NCBI GenBank assembly: GCA_017450945.1
Contig: JAFSSP010000002.1
Coordinates: forward strand, 8,405 to 72,404
Length of the DNA: 64,000 nucleotides
Direction of reading: 5' to 3'
DNA from: Clostridia bacterium
Lineage (GTDB): Bacteria > Bacillota > Clostridia > Oscillospirales > CAG-272
The notes beneath the pieces are model-generated. The model worked only from the letters and a program-made list of their open reading frames with translations, did not search any database and was not told the DNA's origin. Positions 40,498 through 50,366 of this stretch are shown here, one piece after another. Made by a program: the position numbers and the translations under genes. Within the stretch, counting starts at the first letter, position 1; each line of letters begins with the position of its first letter.

Positions 40498-40548
40498 CAA
40501 CAAAAGTTTCGTAACAAAATAAATTTGCTTTCTCGACGCTTCTTTTTT

Positions 40549-42384
40549 TCAAGGCAACGACACGTAGGGGCTGGTGAACCACCGGGCGTAGTACTTGCAA
40601 GGGTAACCGCCGTCGAACGGATCGTTCAGAGGGAGCTTTTCTTCATCGAGTTCGGGGAGCGAATCGATTTTGCCGTTCAGATATTCTTCGATTCGCAGAG
40701 AGGCTTCGACAAGCCGCGCGCGCAGAGCGCCGAGCCTGCCTTCGATCACTTCAAGTCCAAAGGGCTTGTTTTCTTGATGCCAAGAGACGCGGACGGTTTT
40801 TGCCAAGGCGTCGAGTTCACGGATCGATTTTTCGACTGTATTCAAGCGGTAGTCGGCAAGGGCTTCTTTGTTGCCTGCGTGGTAGAGCCTTGCAAGATCG
40901 TTGCCCATATTGGCTTTGCGCGAGAGGAATTTGCAAAGTGCGGCCGACTCGTCAAAGAGGTACTTCCACTCCACACTTACACGGTGCGCGGCCAAATTCA
41001 GGCGGTGCGCGGCGGTCTTGTAATAATCCTTTGCGTCCTCTCCGACGTGATAATCCATCATGCCGTAAAGCGGATCGTTCAGCGTCAGGTACTTGGCCGG
41101 ATTTGCTCTGCGGGCATTTGGATTGCGGTAACCGTTGGGCAGATCGAGAAGCAGAAAGTCCTTCCACTCTGCGCCTACAACGGCCGAAAACAGTTTTGCG
41201 GCAAAAGAAACGTCGGTCGCATCAAAATAGCAAAGTGCGGCAAAATAAACGATTTGCGGGAGCGCCGCAAAGAGCGGGCAGGCCGCGCCGTCGTCTCCCC
41301 ACGCGGCAAGAGATACAGTCTTCAGGCCGTGCCGTTTTGCCGATTCGACTCCGGGCTTGATATGCACCATTCCGTAACGGTTCTGCGGTGCGGGGCCAAG
41401 CCATTTCCAGACGCCCGCGGTGAATTCTACCGACGGTAGAGCCGCCATATAGGCGTTCAAGCGAATATCATAGTGTTTGCGGTGGCGGCTGAAATAGTCC
41501 CAATAGATATAGTCCACGCCGTCGGGCAAGTCTTTCTCTCCGACCAGCTTGTTGTCCTTGAAGAACATATCGGCGTAGATCTTGCAGCGGAAGCCGTAGG
41601 TTGCGGCGATCTCAAGCACCTTTGCAAGATGGCGGCGAAGCAAAATTCCTTTGTCCTCATAGCCTTTTTCGTCAAGGTATTTTCCGCGGCCGGCGTGGTA
41701 GGATTCGTCGTAACCGATGTGAATGGTGTTCGACGAAAAAGCCGCGCGGGCGCTTGCAAACATCTTTTCGATGAGCACATAGGTTTTTTCCTCGTCAACA
41801 AGAAGACAGTCATAGGTGTCGTGCAGATCGTTGTAGGTTGGCCAAACAAACATCCCGCCAAGGTGCGCGAGCGTCTGGATGCAGGGGATCAGCTCAATGC
41901 CGAATTGTTTTGCATAGGCGTCGATCTCGCGGATCTCGTTGCGGGTATATCTGCCGCGTAGATGCCCGAAATAGGGCTCGTCCTCGATCTCGTAGGTGTC
42001 CTCGGTATAAAGCTCCAAACCGGTGTAGCCGAGCTTGGCGAGCAGGACGATGAGCTTTTTGCAGGTCGCGACCGTCGGAACGGCGGCTCTCGATGCGTCG
42101 GCCATAAAGATCATCGACTCAAAGGAAGAAGATTTTATATAGGAAAACGCCGTTTCCTCTGCGCGCGCCGAAAGGAGCGTGAGCGCATGGAAAAGCTGAC
42201 TTTCGCGTTCCAGCGTGATCGTCACATTTTTCCCTTTTTTGAGGATCACATAAGGCTTGCCAAAGGAAACCGAAACGGTCAATTCTCCGTCCCCCGCAAG
42301 GGCGATTCCCGGAAACTGCGAAAGGACAAAGGCAAGATAGGCTTTGTCCGGGTAAAAAAAGTTTTGAATGGTAATTTTTTTCAT
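40549..42384 (-). CDS. GH20-family beta-N-acetylhexosaminidase-like protein
   Basis: ATG at 42384. IFMADASR and IHIGYDESYH resemble the GH20 TIM-barrel motifs (MxDxxR, HIGGDE). No signal peptide. Confidence 0.65.
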   Translation of the reverse strand: MKKITIQNFFYPDKAYLAFVLSQFPGIALAGDGELTVSVSFGKPYVILKKGKNVTITLERESQLFHALTLLSARAEETAFSYIKSSSFESMIFMADASRAAVPTVATCKKLIVLLAKLGYTGLELYTEDTYEIEDEPYFGHLRGRYTRNEIREIDAYAKQFGIELIPCIQTLAHLGGMFVWPTYNDLHDTYDCLLVDEEKTYVLIEKMFASARAAFSSNTIHIGYDESYHAGRGKYLDEKGYEDKGILLRRHLAKVLEIAATYGFRCKIYADMFFKDNKLVGEKDLPDGVDYIYWDYFSRHRKHYDIRLNAYMAALPSVEFTAGVWKWLGPAPQNRYGMVHIKPGVESAKRHGLKTVSLAAWGDDGAACPLFAALPQIVYFAALCYFDATDVSFAAKLFSAVVGAEWKDFLLLDLPNGYRNPNARRANPAKYLTLNDPLYGMMDYHVGEDAKDYYKTAAHRLNLAAHRVSVEWKYLFDESAALCKFLSRKANMGNDLARLYHAGNKEALADYRLNTVEKSIRELDALAKTVRVSWHQENKPFGLEVIEGRLGALRARLVEASLRIEEYLNGKIDSLPELDEEKLPLNDPFDGGYPCKYYARWFTSPYVSLP

Positions 42385-42489
42385 GAAAAACCTCGCAAAG
42401 CACATTTTTCAAAGAGCGGCACAAAATGACGTCTTTCATAGGAATATTACTCCATGAAGGATGAAGTTTGCTATGAACGGCTTCCGTTA

Positions 42490-42637
42490 GCCTTCCCCCT
42501 TGAGGGGAAGGTGGCACGGCTCGCCGTGACGGATGAGGGTGGTGAAGGTAAAACTTTTTTCTTTTTTATAGATAGTTTCCCTTGGATACCCTCATCCACC
42601 ATCTTCGATGGTCCCCCTTCCCCTCAAGGGGGAAGGC
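42490..42637. repeat. Family-C composite element, copy 2 (reverse orientation relative to copy 1)
   Basis: Ends at 42490-42540 and 42588-42637. The AT-rich core is the reverse complement of the copy-1 core with scattered substitutions. Confidence 0.85.
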
Positions 42638-42754
42638 TGACAAAAGCCGCAGTTTAGCAGCTCACCCCAAACATAGCAGATGCATGGCGCTCTTTTCTGC
42701 TATGAGAATAGCACAGAAAGTCTGCTTTGTCAAGTAAAATCGCGGCTTTTCGGC

Positions 42755-42783
42755 TTGACAAGTGCCGCTTTTCATGCTATAAT
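42755..42783 (+). promoter_or_regulatory. Promoter of nagB-nagA (TTGACA-17-TATAAT)
   Basis: TTGACAagtgccgcttttcatgcTATAAT. Confidence 0.75.
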
Positions 42784-42822
42784 GAGGGCTCAAAAAGGAA
42801 AGACAAGGAACAGAACCAAAGC

Positions 42823-43572
42823 ATGAAACTCATTCTCGCGCAAAACGAAGCCGACCTCGGCAAAAAAGCCGCCGCCATTTTTCTTGACACCATTCAAAAA
42901 AAGTCCCATGCAACCTTGGGACTTGCCACGGGGTCATCGCCCATCTCCACCTACGCCGCTCTTATAAACGCTTATCAAAAAGGACTCGTTTCCTTCTCGC
43001 GCGTTCACACGCTGAACCTCGACGAATACGTGGGGCTCGCTCCCGAAAACGATCAGAGTTACCACTATTTTATGAAGCAGAATCTGTTTGATTCAATTGA
43101 TATTGACCCGGCAAACACCCACCTGCCGACTGCAGACGCCGCCGATCTTGACGCCGCCTGCAAAGAATATAACGATCTGATCGACCGTTTCCCGATTGAT
43201 CTGCAACTGCTTGGCATCGGCGGCAACGGACACCTCGGCTTCAACGAGCCCGGCACGCCCTTTGATATCCGCACCCATCTCGTTGATCTCACCGAAAAGA
43301 CGCGCAAAGACAACTCCCGCCTCTTTCCTTCGCTCAACTGCGTTCCCAAACAGGCGATCACAATGGGGATCGGCGATATTCTAAAAGCAAAAGCAATTCT
43401 GCTGATCGCCTTTGGGGAAAACAAGGCCAGCGCCATCGAGAACATGCTGAAGGGCCCCATCTCTCCGGCCTGCCCGGCATCTGTCCTGCGCACACACCCA
43501 AACGTCACGCTCGTCGCCGACGCGGCAGCGCTCAAAAATCTTGACAAAAAGGATTTGGAAATTCTATCATGA
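42823..43572 (+). CDS. nagB: Glucosamine-6-phosphate deaminase
   Basis: ATG at 42823. LGLATGSSP, NLDEYVGL and GIGGNGHLGFNEPG motifs. Confidence 0.93.
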   Translation: MKLILAQNEADLGKKAAAIFLDTIQKKSHATLGLATGSSPISTYAALINAYQKGLVSFSRVHTLNLDEYVGLAPENDQSYHYFMKQNLFDSIDIDPANTHLPTADAADLDAACKEYNDLIDRFPIDLQLLGIGGNGHLGFNEPGTPFDIRTHLVDLTEKTRKDNSRLFPSLNCVPKQAITMGIGDILKAKAILLIAFGENKASAIENMLKGPISPACPASVLRTHPNVTLVADAAALKNLDKKDLEILS

Positions 43573-44699
43573 AAACCTTCCGGAATGCAACCGTTTACCT
43601 TGATGGTCGGGGCCTTACCAAAACCGACCTCTCTTTTGACGCGCGCATCCGGGATATAGAGAAGCCCCTGCCCGGGGAGGAGATCCTTCTCCCTGCCGGG
43701 GCGATCGTGCTCCCCGGTTTTATCGACGAGCACATTCACGGCGCCGCCGGGTGCGATGGGATGGACGGAACCAAAGAGGCGCTCTCAACGCTCTCCAAAG
43801 CACTCCCAAAAGAAGGGACTACTTCTTTTTTGGTCACGACCATGACAAGCGAGCCGGAAATCCTTTGCCGCGCCCTCTCTGCCGTGTCCGACTATGGCGA
43901 CAAGGTTGGCGGCGCGCGCATTTTGGGCGTGCATCTCGAAGGCCCCTTCCTCTCGTCGGCCTATGCGGGCGCGCAGGCAAGCGAACAGCTCGCTCCCTGC
44001 TCCTGGAACCTGTTTGACCGATTCCAGACCGCGGCGGGCGGAAAAATTCGCCTTGTGACCCTTGCACCCGAACTGCCCGGCGCCATGGAGCTCACCAAAT
44101 ACCAAAAACAAAGCGGCGTTGCCGTCTCGCTCGGCCACTCGGCCGCAAGCTATGAAGAATCTCTTGCCGCAGTTGCCGCGGGCGCCGATTCGGTCACGCA
44201 CATCTATAATGCCATGTCTCCCTTTGGGCATCGGTCGCCCGGGCTCGTCGGCGCCGCACTCCTGTGCGACGACCTCTATTGCGAGCTCATCTGCGACGGA
44301 AAACATGTTCTGCCCCCGGCGATTGAACTGCTTCTCAAAAATAAACCAAAGGACAAACTCATTCTCATCACCGACAGCATGCGGGCCAAATACCTGCCCG
44401 ACGGCATCTCCGAGCTTGGCGGCAAGACCGTGATCGTAAAAGGCGGCGAAGCGCGCTTGGAGAATGGAACCTTGGCCGGAAGCCTGCTCAAAATGAACGA
44501 AGCGGTGAAAAATCTCGCCGCGTTCTCCTCTTGCGACCTCCTTTTTGCCGTCGATTGCGCCACTAAGAATCCGGCGCTCCACCTCGGCATCTATGAGGAA
44601 TGCGGCAGCATTGCGCCCGGTAAGCGCGCCGACTTTGCCATCGTCAACCAAAACCTCGACATGATCGCAACCTATGTTGGAGGAGAACGGGTGTTTTGA
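43569..44699 (+). CDS. nagA: N-acetylglucosamine-6-phosphate deacetylase
   Basis: PGFIDEHIHGAAGCD metal-binding motif. ATGA overlap with nagB. Confidence 0.92.
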   Translation: MKTFRNATVYLDGRGLTKTDLSFDARIRDIEKPLPGEEILLPAGAIVLPGFIDEHIHGAAGCDGMDGTKEALSTLSKALPKEGTTSFLVTTMTSEPEILCRALSAVSDYGDKVGGARILGVHLEGPFLSSAYAGAQASEQLAPCSWNLFDRFQTAAGGKIRLVTLAPELPGAMELTKYQKQSGVAVSLGHSAASYEESLAAVAAGADSVTHIYNAMSPFGHRSPGLVGAALLCDDLYCELICDGKHVLPPAIELLLKNKPKDKLILITDSMRAKYLPDGISELGGKTVIVKGGEARLENGTLAGSLLKMNEAVKNLAAFSSCDLLFAVDCATKNPALHLGIYEECGSIAPGKRADFAIVNQNLDMIATYVGGERVF

Positions 44700-44709
44700 G
44701 AGAAGAAAT

Positions 44710-44979
44710 GCGGAGGAAACTTTTCGCGAAAAGTTTCCTCCGCACCTCTTTCAAAAGCCTGAAACAAAAAAAGAACGCTCGCCGGAACGATCGGTAAGCG
44801 CTTTTTATATATTGTTCGTTTTTTAGGAGGGGACGAGTGCGACCGCCCGCGGCGCGGGAAACAGGGAGCGCGAGGAGTGGCCGCGGTCGAAGAAAATCAA
44901 GCGGTATAAGCCGCGCAGATTTTTTCGGGTACCGCAACAGGAAAGCGGGAACCTCTTTTTTTCAAAAAAGGGTTCCCGC
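44710..44979. repeat. Composite palindromic element, long form (homolog of 1166..1441)
   Basis: Same order of hairpin A, ACCTCTTTCAAAAGC flank, central hairpin, module B (44836-44940) and terminal hairpin A. Confidence 0.85.
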
Positions 44980-44996
44980 ATTCTCTTTTCCTTCCT

Positions 44997-45473
44997 TTAT
45001 CCTTTCCCCAATTCCAACAGGAGCATTGAAAAAGCCGTTCTGGCGGCCGACACGCGGACTTCCTCTCTTGACGCGTTCGGGCAAGAGATGCAGAGCGAGG
45101 TCGTATGCTCGGGGGTATGGAAGCCGAGGTAGACCGTACCGACCGGGTGATTCTTGTCTCCCCCGCCGGGGCCTGCAAAGCCTGTCGTCGAGAGGGCATA
45201 GTCGGTCGAAAATCTTTTTGCCGCTCCGCTTGCCATGGCGACGGCGCAGGCGGCACTGACTTCGGTCTCTTTTTCGATCACTTCCCCGGGCACGTCGAGA
45301 AGATTCATTTTGATCTCGTTCTGGTAGGCGACCACACCGCCCGGAAAGACGGCGGACGCGCCCGGAATGTCGGTCACAAGTTTTGCCAAAAGTCCCCCGG
45401 TGCAGGATTCGGCCACCGAGAGCGTTTTTCCTTTCTTGGCAAGCCCTGCGACGATCGCAGAGGCAAGATCCAA
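44997..45473 (-). CDS. CinA C-terminal domain protein (nicotinamide-nucleotide amidase PncC-like)
   Basis: LSVAESCTGGLLA and STTGFAGPGGG motifs. No in-frame ATG after the cysS stop, so a TTG at 45473 is proposed. Confidence 0.75.
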   Translation of the reverse strand: MDLASAIVAGLAKKGKTLSVAESCTGGLLAKLVTDIPGASAVFPGGVVAYQNEIKMNLLDVPGEVIEKETEVSAACAVAMASGAAKRFSTDYALSTTGFAGPGGGDKNHPVGTVYLGFHTPEHTTSLCISCPNASREEVRVSAARTAFSMLLLELGKG

Positions 45474-45477
45474 AAGA

Positions 45478-46896
45478 TCATCCGATGCGATAGGTGGTTC
45501 CTTCTTTGGTGTCAATGAGTGTGACCCCCTTTGCGAGAAGCTCGGCGCGGATGCGGTCGGCTTCGGCGTAATTTTTGGCGGCCTTTGCGGCCTTGCGGGC
45601 TTCGATCGCCGCTTCGATCTCGGCGGCAAAAGCAGAATCCACGGCTGGAGCCGCCTCCTCTTTTGCGAGCTTTTCCGCGTTTTCGAGAAGTCTCAGGCAG
45701 AGGACTTTGTCAAAATCTGCAATCGCCGCGCGTTTGGTAGCGCCGCTTGCGTTGAGCTTTAGCACGTCGTAGAGCGCAGTCACGGCAAGAGAGGTGTTCA
45801 GATCGTTGTCGAGTGCGGCCCGGAAGGATGCCCTTGCCGTCTCGAGCGCGGCTTCGTCCACGCCACCCTCATTTTTGATCGACGCGATCTTCTGGAGCAG
45901 TTTTTCGTAGGCGACCTTGGCATTGTCGAGATTCTCCCAGGAGAAGACGAGCGATTTGCGGTAGTGCGATTGCAGGCAGAAGAAGCGGTAGACCATCGGG
46001 TCATAGCCCTTTTCTCTCAGCAGAGAGACGGTTAAAAACTCGCCCTTCGACTTGCTCATCTTGCCCGAGGTGGTATTCAGGTGCAGAACGTGCATCCAGT
46101 AGTTGCACCACTTGTGTCCGAGATAGGCCTCGGACTGCGCGATCTCGTTGGTGTGGTGCGGGAAAGCGTTGTCAATGCCGCCGCAGTGGATGTCGAGTTT
46201 TTCTCCGAGATACTTCATGCTGATGCAGGAGCACTCGATGTGCCAGCCCGGGTAGCCAAGCCCCCAAGGACTCTCCCATTTGAGCTCCTGGTCTTCAAAC
46301 TTGGATTTGGTGAACCAGAGGACAAAGTCGGCTTTGTTGCGTTTGTTGCCGTCGGCCTCCACGCCGTCTCTGACGCCAACCTCCAGGTCTTCCTCTTCAA
46401 AGTTGTGGAAGACGTAGTATTGTTCGAGCTTGGAGGTATCAAAATAGATGTTGCCGCCGGCTTCGTAGGCATATCCCTTTTCGATGAGTTTTTCGATCAC
46501 GCGGATGAACTCGTCGATGCAGGAAGTGGCCGGAACCACTTTGTCGGGGCGACGGATCTCGAGCGCGTCGGCGTCCTCAAAGAATTTGTCGGTATAGAAT
46601 TTTGCCACTTCCATGACCGTTTTGTGCTCGCGCCTCGCACCCTTGAGCATTTTGTCTTCACCGGTGTCGGCATCGCTTGTCAGGTGTCCCACGTCTGTGA
46701 TGTTCATCACGCGACTTACGTCATAACCGAGATAGCGGAGATAACGGTCGAGGATATCCTCCATGATGTAGGAGCGCAGATTGCCAATATGTGCATAATG
46801 GTAAACGGTAGGCCCGCAGGTATACATGCTGACCTTGCCGGGTTCATTCGGAACGAACTCCTCTTTTTGTCTTGAGAGAGAATTATATAAAAGCAT
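45478..46896 (-). CDS. cysS: Cysteine--tRNA ligase
   Basis: [13 protein letters not shown] (HIGH) and KMSKS motifs. 472 aa. Confidence 0.95.
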   Translation of the reverse strand: MLLYNSLSRQKEEFVPNEPGKVSMYTCGPTVYHYAHIGNLRSYIMEDILDRYLRYLGYDVSRVMNITDVGHLTSDADTGEDKMLKGARREHKTVMEVAKFYTDKFFEDADALEIRRPDKVVPATSCIDEFIRVIEKLIEKGYAYEAGGNIYFDTSKLEQYYVFHNFEEEDLEVGVRDGVEADGNKRNKADFVLWFTKSKFEDQELKWESPWGLGYPGWHIECSCISMKYLGEKLDIHCGGIDNAFPHHTNEIAQSEAYLGHKWCNYWMHVLHLNTTSGKMSKSKGEFLTVSLLREKGYDPMVYRFFCLQSHYRKSLVFSWENLDNAKVAYEKLLQKIASIKNEGGVDEAALETARASFRAALDNDLNTSLAVTALYDVLKLNASGATKRAAIADFDKVLCLRLLENAEKLAKEEAAPAVDSAFAAEIEAAIEARKAAKAAKNYAEADRIRAELLAKGVTLIDTKEGTTYRIG

Positions 46897-46904
46897 TTGA
46901 CAAA

Positions 46905-47492
46905 TTATCCTTTCGATGATTTTCGGGGGGATTTTTTCTTTTTGACACTGCCGCCAAAGCCGCCGAGCTTGCGCCCTATGGGACAGTATTCGCCATGGGC
47001 AAAGGAGATGAGGTTTGCGCGCTCGAGGTGCAGTTTTCCTTTTTCGTCAAGCAGGCTTTCCTCAATGTCGATCTGCAAAATATCGGCCAAAAACATATGA
47101 TGACTGCCGAGCGGGATCACATCGGTCACGCGACACTCAAAGGCCATGGGGGCGGCCGAGAGCACCGGCGCTAAGACCTGATCGGCCGGCTCGGTCGCAA
47201 GGTGATACTTTTTGAATTTGTCCACCTTTTTGCCGGAATAGATCCCACAGCCGTCGGTGGCGGCAAGCAGGTCTTTTGTTGCCGGATGCAGGACAAATTC
47301 GCGGCTCGCTTGGAGCATCTCAAAAGAATAGCGCTCCGGCCGCACCGAAATGTAGAGCTTGGGGGGATGAGAATTGACGATCCCGGTCCAGGCGATGGTC
47401 AGAATATTTTGCTTTTCCCCATCGGCCACCGTCACAAGAGCGACTGGCAGAGGGGCGAGCAACGCACTGCCCTTCCATTTGACTTTTGCCAT
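46905..47492 (-). CDS. Flavin reductase-like (FMN-binding split-barrel) protein
   Basis: ATG at 47492 follows AGGAGGAG. NILTIAWTG..S..P pattern of the flavin reductase family. Confidence 0.75.
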   Translation of the reverse strand: MAKVKWKGSALLAPLPVALVTVADGEKQNILTIAWTGIVNSHPPKLYISVRPERYSFEMLQASREFVLHPATKDLLAATDGCGIYSGKKVDKFKKYHLATEPADQVLAPVLSAAPMAFECRVTDVIPLGSHHMFLADILQIDIEESLLDEKGKLHLERANLISFAHGEYCPIGRKLGGFGGSVKKKKSPRKSSKG

Positions 47493-47522
47493 AGGATCTC
47501 CTCCTTTCTCCATTCCGGTTGC

Positions 47523-47551
47523 ATTGTAACATAAAAAGCGCTTTTTGTCAA
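47523..47551 (-). promoter_or_regulatory. Promoter of the flavin reductase-cysS-cinA operon (TTGACA-17-TACAAT)
   Basis: Minus strand reads TTGACAaaaagcgctttttatgtTACAAT. Confidence 0.65.
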
Positions 47552-47573
47552 GGCGCGCAAGCAGAAAACCGAG

Positions 47574-47608
47574 CAGGCGAAAGACCGCCGGGAGGGGCTT
47601 TCGCCTGC
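47574..47608 (-). terminator. Hairpin after gene 47615..48070
   Basis: GCAGGCGAAAG..CTTTCGCCTGC stem. Confidence 0.6.
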
Positions 47609-47614
47609 AAAATT

Positions 47615-48070
47615 TTATCTCAGATAGGCCTTCATTTCTTCGACTACGCTCTCCTCGTAGCGCAGTACTTCCTCAAGGAGCGCTTTTGCCCGGGGACCTA
47701 CGTCGCCATCTTCTGCCGCGTGAAGCTGGCGACAGAGATCGTTTATTCCCATCGTGGCTCCTTTGATCATCATTTCGGCCAGATGATCGGGTGAGGAATC
47801 CACCAGCGTGTTGAAAAACGTCCCGACTTTTGCTCCCGCGCGGGCGATCGGCGTTTCTTCCTTTGGCGTCACCCCTTCGGCGTCAAGCTCTTTTGCCGCA
47901 CGCGAGGCGTACTCTTCAAAGCAGGAGAGCTCGACCGTCAGATCGCTCATCATCTGCTCGTTTTCCACATGCGGAAGGATCGACGAGATCGAATCGGCCG
48001 CCATGCGGACGTTTTTGTAAAGGGCGGAAAGCACCTCGGCCGTATCCACCCGTTCTGTCAGTTGTGCCAT
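47615..48070 (-). CDS. Hypothetical protein (predicted all-helical)
   Basis: 151 aa. ATG follows a GAGAGGAAA RBS. I do not recognise a motif. Confidence 0.55.
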   Translation of the reverse strand: MAQLTERVDTAEVLSALYKNVRMAADSISSILPHVENEQMMSDLTVELSCFEEYASRAAKELDAEGVTPKEETPIARAGAKVGTFFNTLVDSSPDHLAEMMIKGATMGINDLCRQLHAAEDGDVGPRAKALLEEVLRYEESVVEEMKAYLR

Positions 48071-48086
48071 TTTGTTTCCTCTCTTT

Positions 48087-49226
48087 TTAAGCTGCCGCCC
48101 GATCCTTTTCGACCAAGGGCAGATGCGTCAGCATATTTTCAATAAAGATCCCGTAACCTGTCGTCGGCTCGTTGATGAGCACGTGCGTCACGGCGCCCAC
48201 GAGCTTTCCGTCCTGCAAAATCGGACTGCCCGACATACCCTGCACGATCCCGCCGGTCGCCTCCAGCAGTTCGGGATCGATCACTTTGATCATAAAGCAC
48301 TTGGATCCGGTCTCGCCGCGGCTGATCGAAGAGATCTGTACGCGGTATTCCTTGACGCCCTCCTCCGAGGTCGTGCAAAGGATGGTCGCCTCTCCCTCTT
48401 TGACTTCATCGCGCAAGCCGACCGGGATCGCTTTTCCGGCATCGGCGGGCAACCTGTCATAGATTCCCCAGACGCCGCAGGTCGCGTTGCCAAAGAGCGT
48501 GCCGACCACGCCGGGATCAAAATAGCCCTTGAGCTCACCCGGGTCGCCCGCCGTTCCTTTTTTCACGTCGTGGATCGTCACATTCTGCACCACGCCGCTT
48601 TGCATCGGAATGAGTGTTCCGGTATCGGCGTCGCAGATCCCGTGCCCGAGTCCTGCAAAAACAAGACTGCCGGGCAGAATAAAGGTCACGGTTCCGATCC
48701 CGGCGCCGCTGTCCTGGAGCAAAAGCCCGATCTGGTAACTGCCGTCCGCGGGATTCTTTTCGGGTTGCACTTTTGCGGTAAACTTTTTGCCGGCGCGACG
48801 GCAGGTCAGATAAAGGGTTTTCCCTTCGCTCTCGGCCACCAGCTCGGAGAGCCGTGCGGCGTCGCTCAAACTCTCTCCGTTGCAGGCAAGGATATAGTCC
48901 TTTTGCCTGATCCCAGCCGTCTCGGCAGGGTTTTGCCCCATGGAAAGGTTGGAAAACCCGACGACAAGAAGCCCGTCGGTTCGGTATTTGGTTCCAAAGG
49001 CCATGCCGCCCGGGATCACCGAAAGGCCGCGCACCTCTTCCCTTCTATAAGGAAGGAACTCTTCCGCGCCGACCGTTGCCGCCACCGAGATCTCGGCATC
49101 GTCGTCCACAAAATTCATCACCGCCCTTATCGGCGTGTCCCCAAAGACAGGCGAGATGCAGGTGAACACGGTAAGTGTCATCAACAAAAAGCACCCGATT
49201 GTTTTCAAGATTCGTTTTTGATTCAT
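48087..49226 (-). CDS. spoIVB: Sporulation stage IV signalling peptidase SpoIVB (S55)
   Basis: Signal anchor, PDZ-like region, and GIGTVTF..GHGI..QGMSGSPIL..GAVTHVL catalytic pattern. Confidence 0.88.
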   Translation of the reverse strand: MNQKRILKTIGCFLLMTLTVFTCISPVFGDTPIRAVMNFVDDDAEISVAATVGAEEFLPYRREEVRGLSVIPGGMAFGTKYRTDGLLVVGFSNLSMGQNPAETAGIRQKDYILACNGESLSDAARLSELVAESEGKTLYLTCRRAGKKFTAKVQPEKNPADGSYQIGLLLQDSGAGIGTVTFILPGSLVFAGLGHGICDADTGTLIPMQSGVVQNVTIHDVKKGTAGDPGELKGYFDPGVVGTLFGNATCGVWGIYDRLPADAGKAIPVGLRDEVKEGEATILCTTSEEGVKEYRVQISSISRGETGSKCFMIKVIDPELLEATGGIVQGMSGSPILQDGKLVGAVTHVLINEPTTGYGIFIENMLTHLPLVEKDRAAA

Positions 49227-49336
49227 GGTTGCTCTTTCCTCTCTTGTAAAAAAGCAGTTCGGCTCGTCGCCGCTCTGCCAAATTACTGTATGCGTTTTCG
49301 CGCTTTTTTATCAATAACAATTCTGCCCAAAAACAA

Positions 49337-49366
49337 AAAAGCCACCCGCAAAAACGAGTGGCTTTT
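49337..49366 (-). terminator. Terminator of the nucleoside ABC operon
   Basis: Minus strand reads AAAAGCCACTCG-ttttt-GCGGGTGGCTTTTTT. Confidence 0.8.
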
Positions 49367-49388
49367 GAAAAAATCTGTTTGGAAATTT

Positions 49389-50366
49389 TTACCGATCTTC
49401 TCGGAAGTAGGAGAGCCCGAGCGCGCCGGGCGCCTGATTCTCGCGCTTGTTGCGGATACTGGTAAAGACCAGCACCACGACGGTGATCACGTAGGGCAAA
49501 AGTTTGAGAAGTTCCTTTTGCGCGGAGGTTCCGTTCAGAACGAAGGCCGCGATCGACAAAGCGCCAAAGAGGATCGAGCCGAAAATGCTGATGCCCGGCT
49601 TCCAGAGCGTGAAAATGACGAGCGCGATCGCAAGCCATCCAAAGGCTTCGATGGTAGACGCGTTCTCCCAGGAACCTTTGAGATAGTCCATGGTGTAGAA
49701 AAGTCCGCCAAAGCCGGCAACCGCACTTCCGACAAGGATCGATACATATTTGTAAGCCGTCACATTGACGCCGGCGGCATCGGCAGTCGCAGGGCTTTCT
49801 CCGACCGCACGCAGGTGCAGTCCCACGCGGGTGCGTTTCAGAACGATTGCAAACAGAATCGCAAGCAGAATCGCGAAATAGACGAAAAATCCGTGCGAGA
49901 AGAAAACTTTCAGCACGCCGTTTGCGTCGGGATCGTTCACAATGCCTTTTGCAAAAAGTTTGCTTGCGACGCCAAAGTAGCTGTCACGGAGAGCACGCGG
50001 AACGTAAGTATCCATAATGAACTGCGAAAGACCCGCGCCGAAGGTGGTCACGGCAAGACCGGTGATGTTCTGGTTGCAGCGAAGTGTTACCGTGAGAAAG
50101 GCGTAGATTGCGCCGGTCGCGGCGGAAAACAGGATGGAAAACAGGATCGAAACGAGCAAAAGCGGCAACCACTTCGCGTCGGTCTCCTGGGCAAGCCCCT
50201 TCATGTAGAGAAGGGCGCCAAAGCATCCGCCCGCGGTACCCATGCACATAATTCCGGGAATTCCGAGGTTGAGATGTCCCGCTTTTTCCATGAGCGTCTC
50301 GCCAAGGCATCCGTAAAGAAGGACAACGCCGAGCGCAATCGCGCCGACAAGGAAGGTCACAAGCAT
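49389..50366 (-). CDS. ABC transporter permease (BMP/nucleoside type)
   Basis: 325-aa polytopic protein, contiguous with the upstream permease. Confidence 0.85.
   Translation of the reverse strand: MLVTFLVGAIALGVVLLYGCLGETLMEKAGHLNLGIPGIMCMGTAGGCFGALLYMKGLAQETDAKWLPLLLVSILFSILFSAATGAIYAFLTVTLRCNQNITGLAVTTFGAGLSQFIMDTYVPRALRDSYFGVASKLFAKGIVNDPDANGVLKVFFSHGFFVYFAILLAILFAIVLKRTRVGLHLRAVGESPATADAAGVNVTAYKYVSILVGSAVAGFGGLFYTMDYLKGSWENASTIEAFGWLAIALVIFTLWKPGISIFGSILFGALSIAAFVLNGTSAQKELLKLLPYVITVVVLVFTSIRNKRENQAPGALGLSYFREDR

Noticed and set aside
46897-47620. T-box leader for cysS
   Set aside because: cysS is only 8 nt downstream of the preceding gene, and the region upstream of that gene holds just a promoter and a short leader. 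No specifier loop or T-box sequence (AAnnnGGGTGGnACCGCG-like) was seen.
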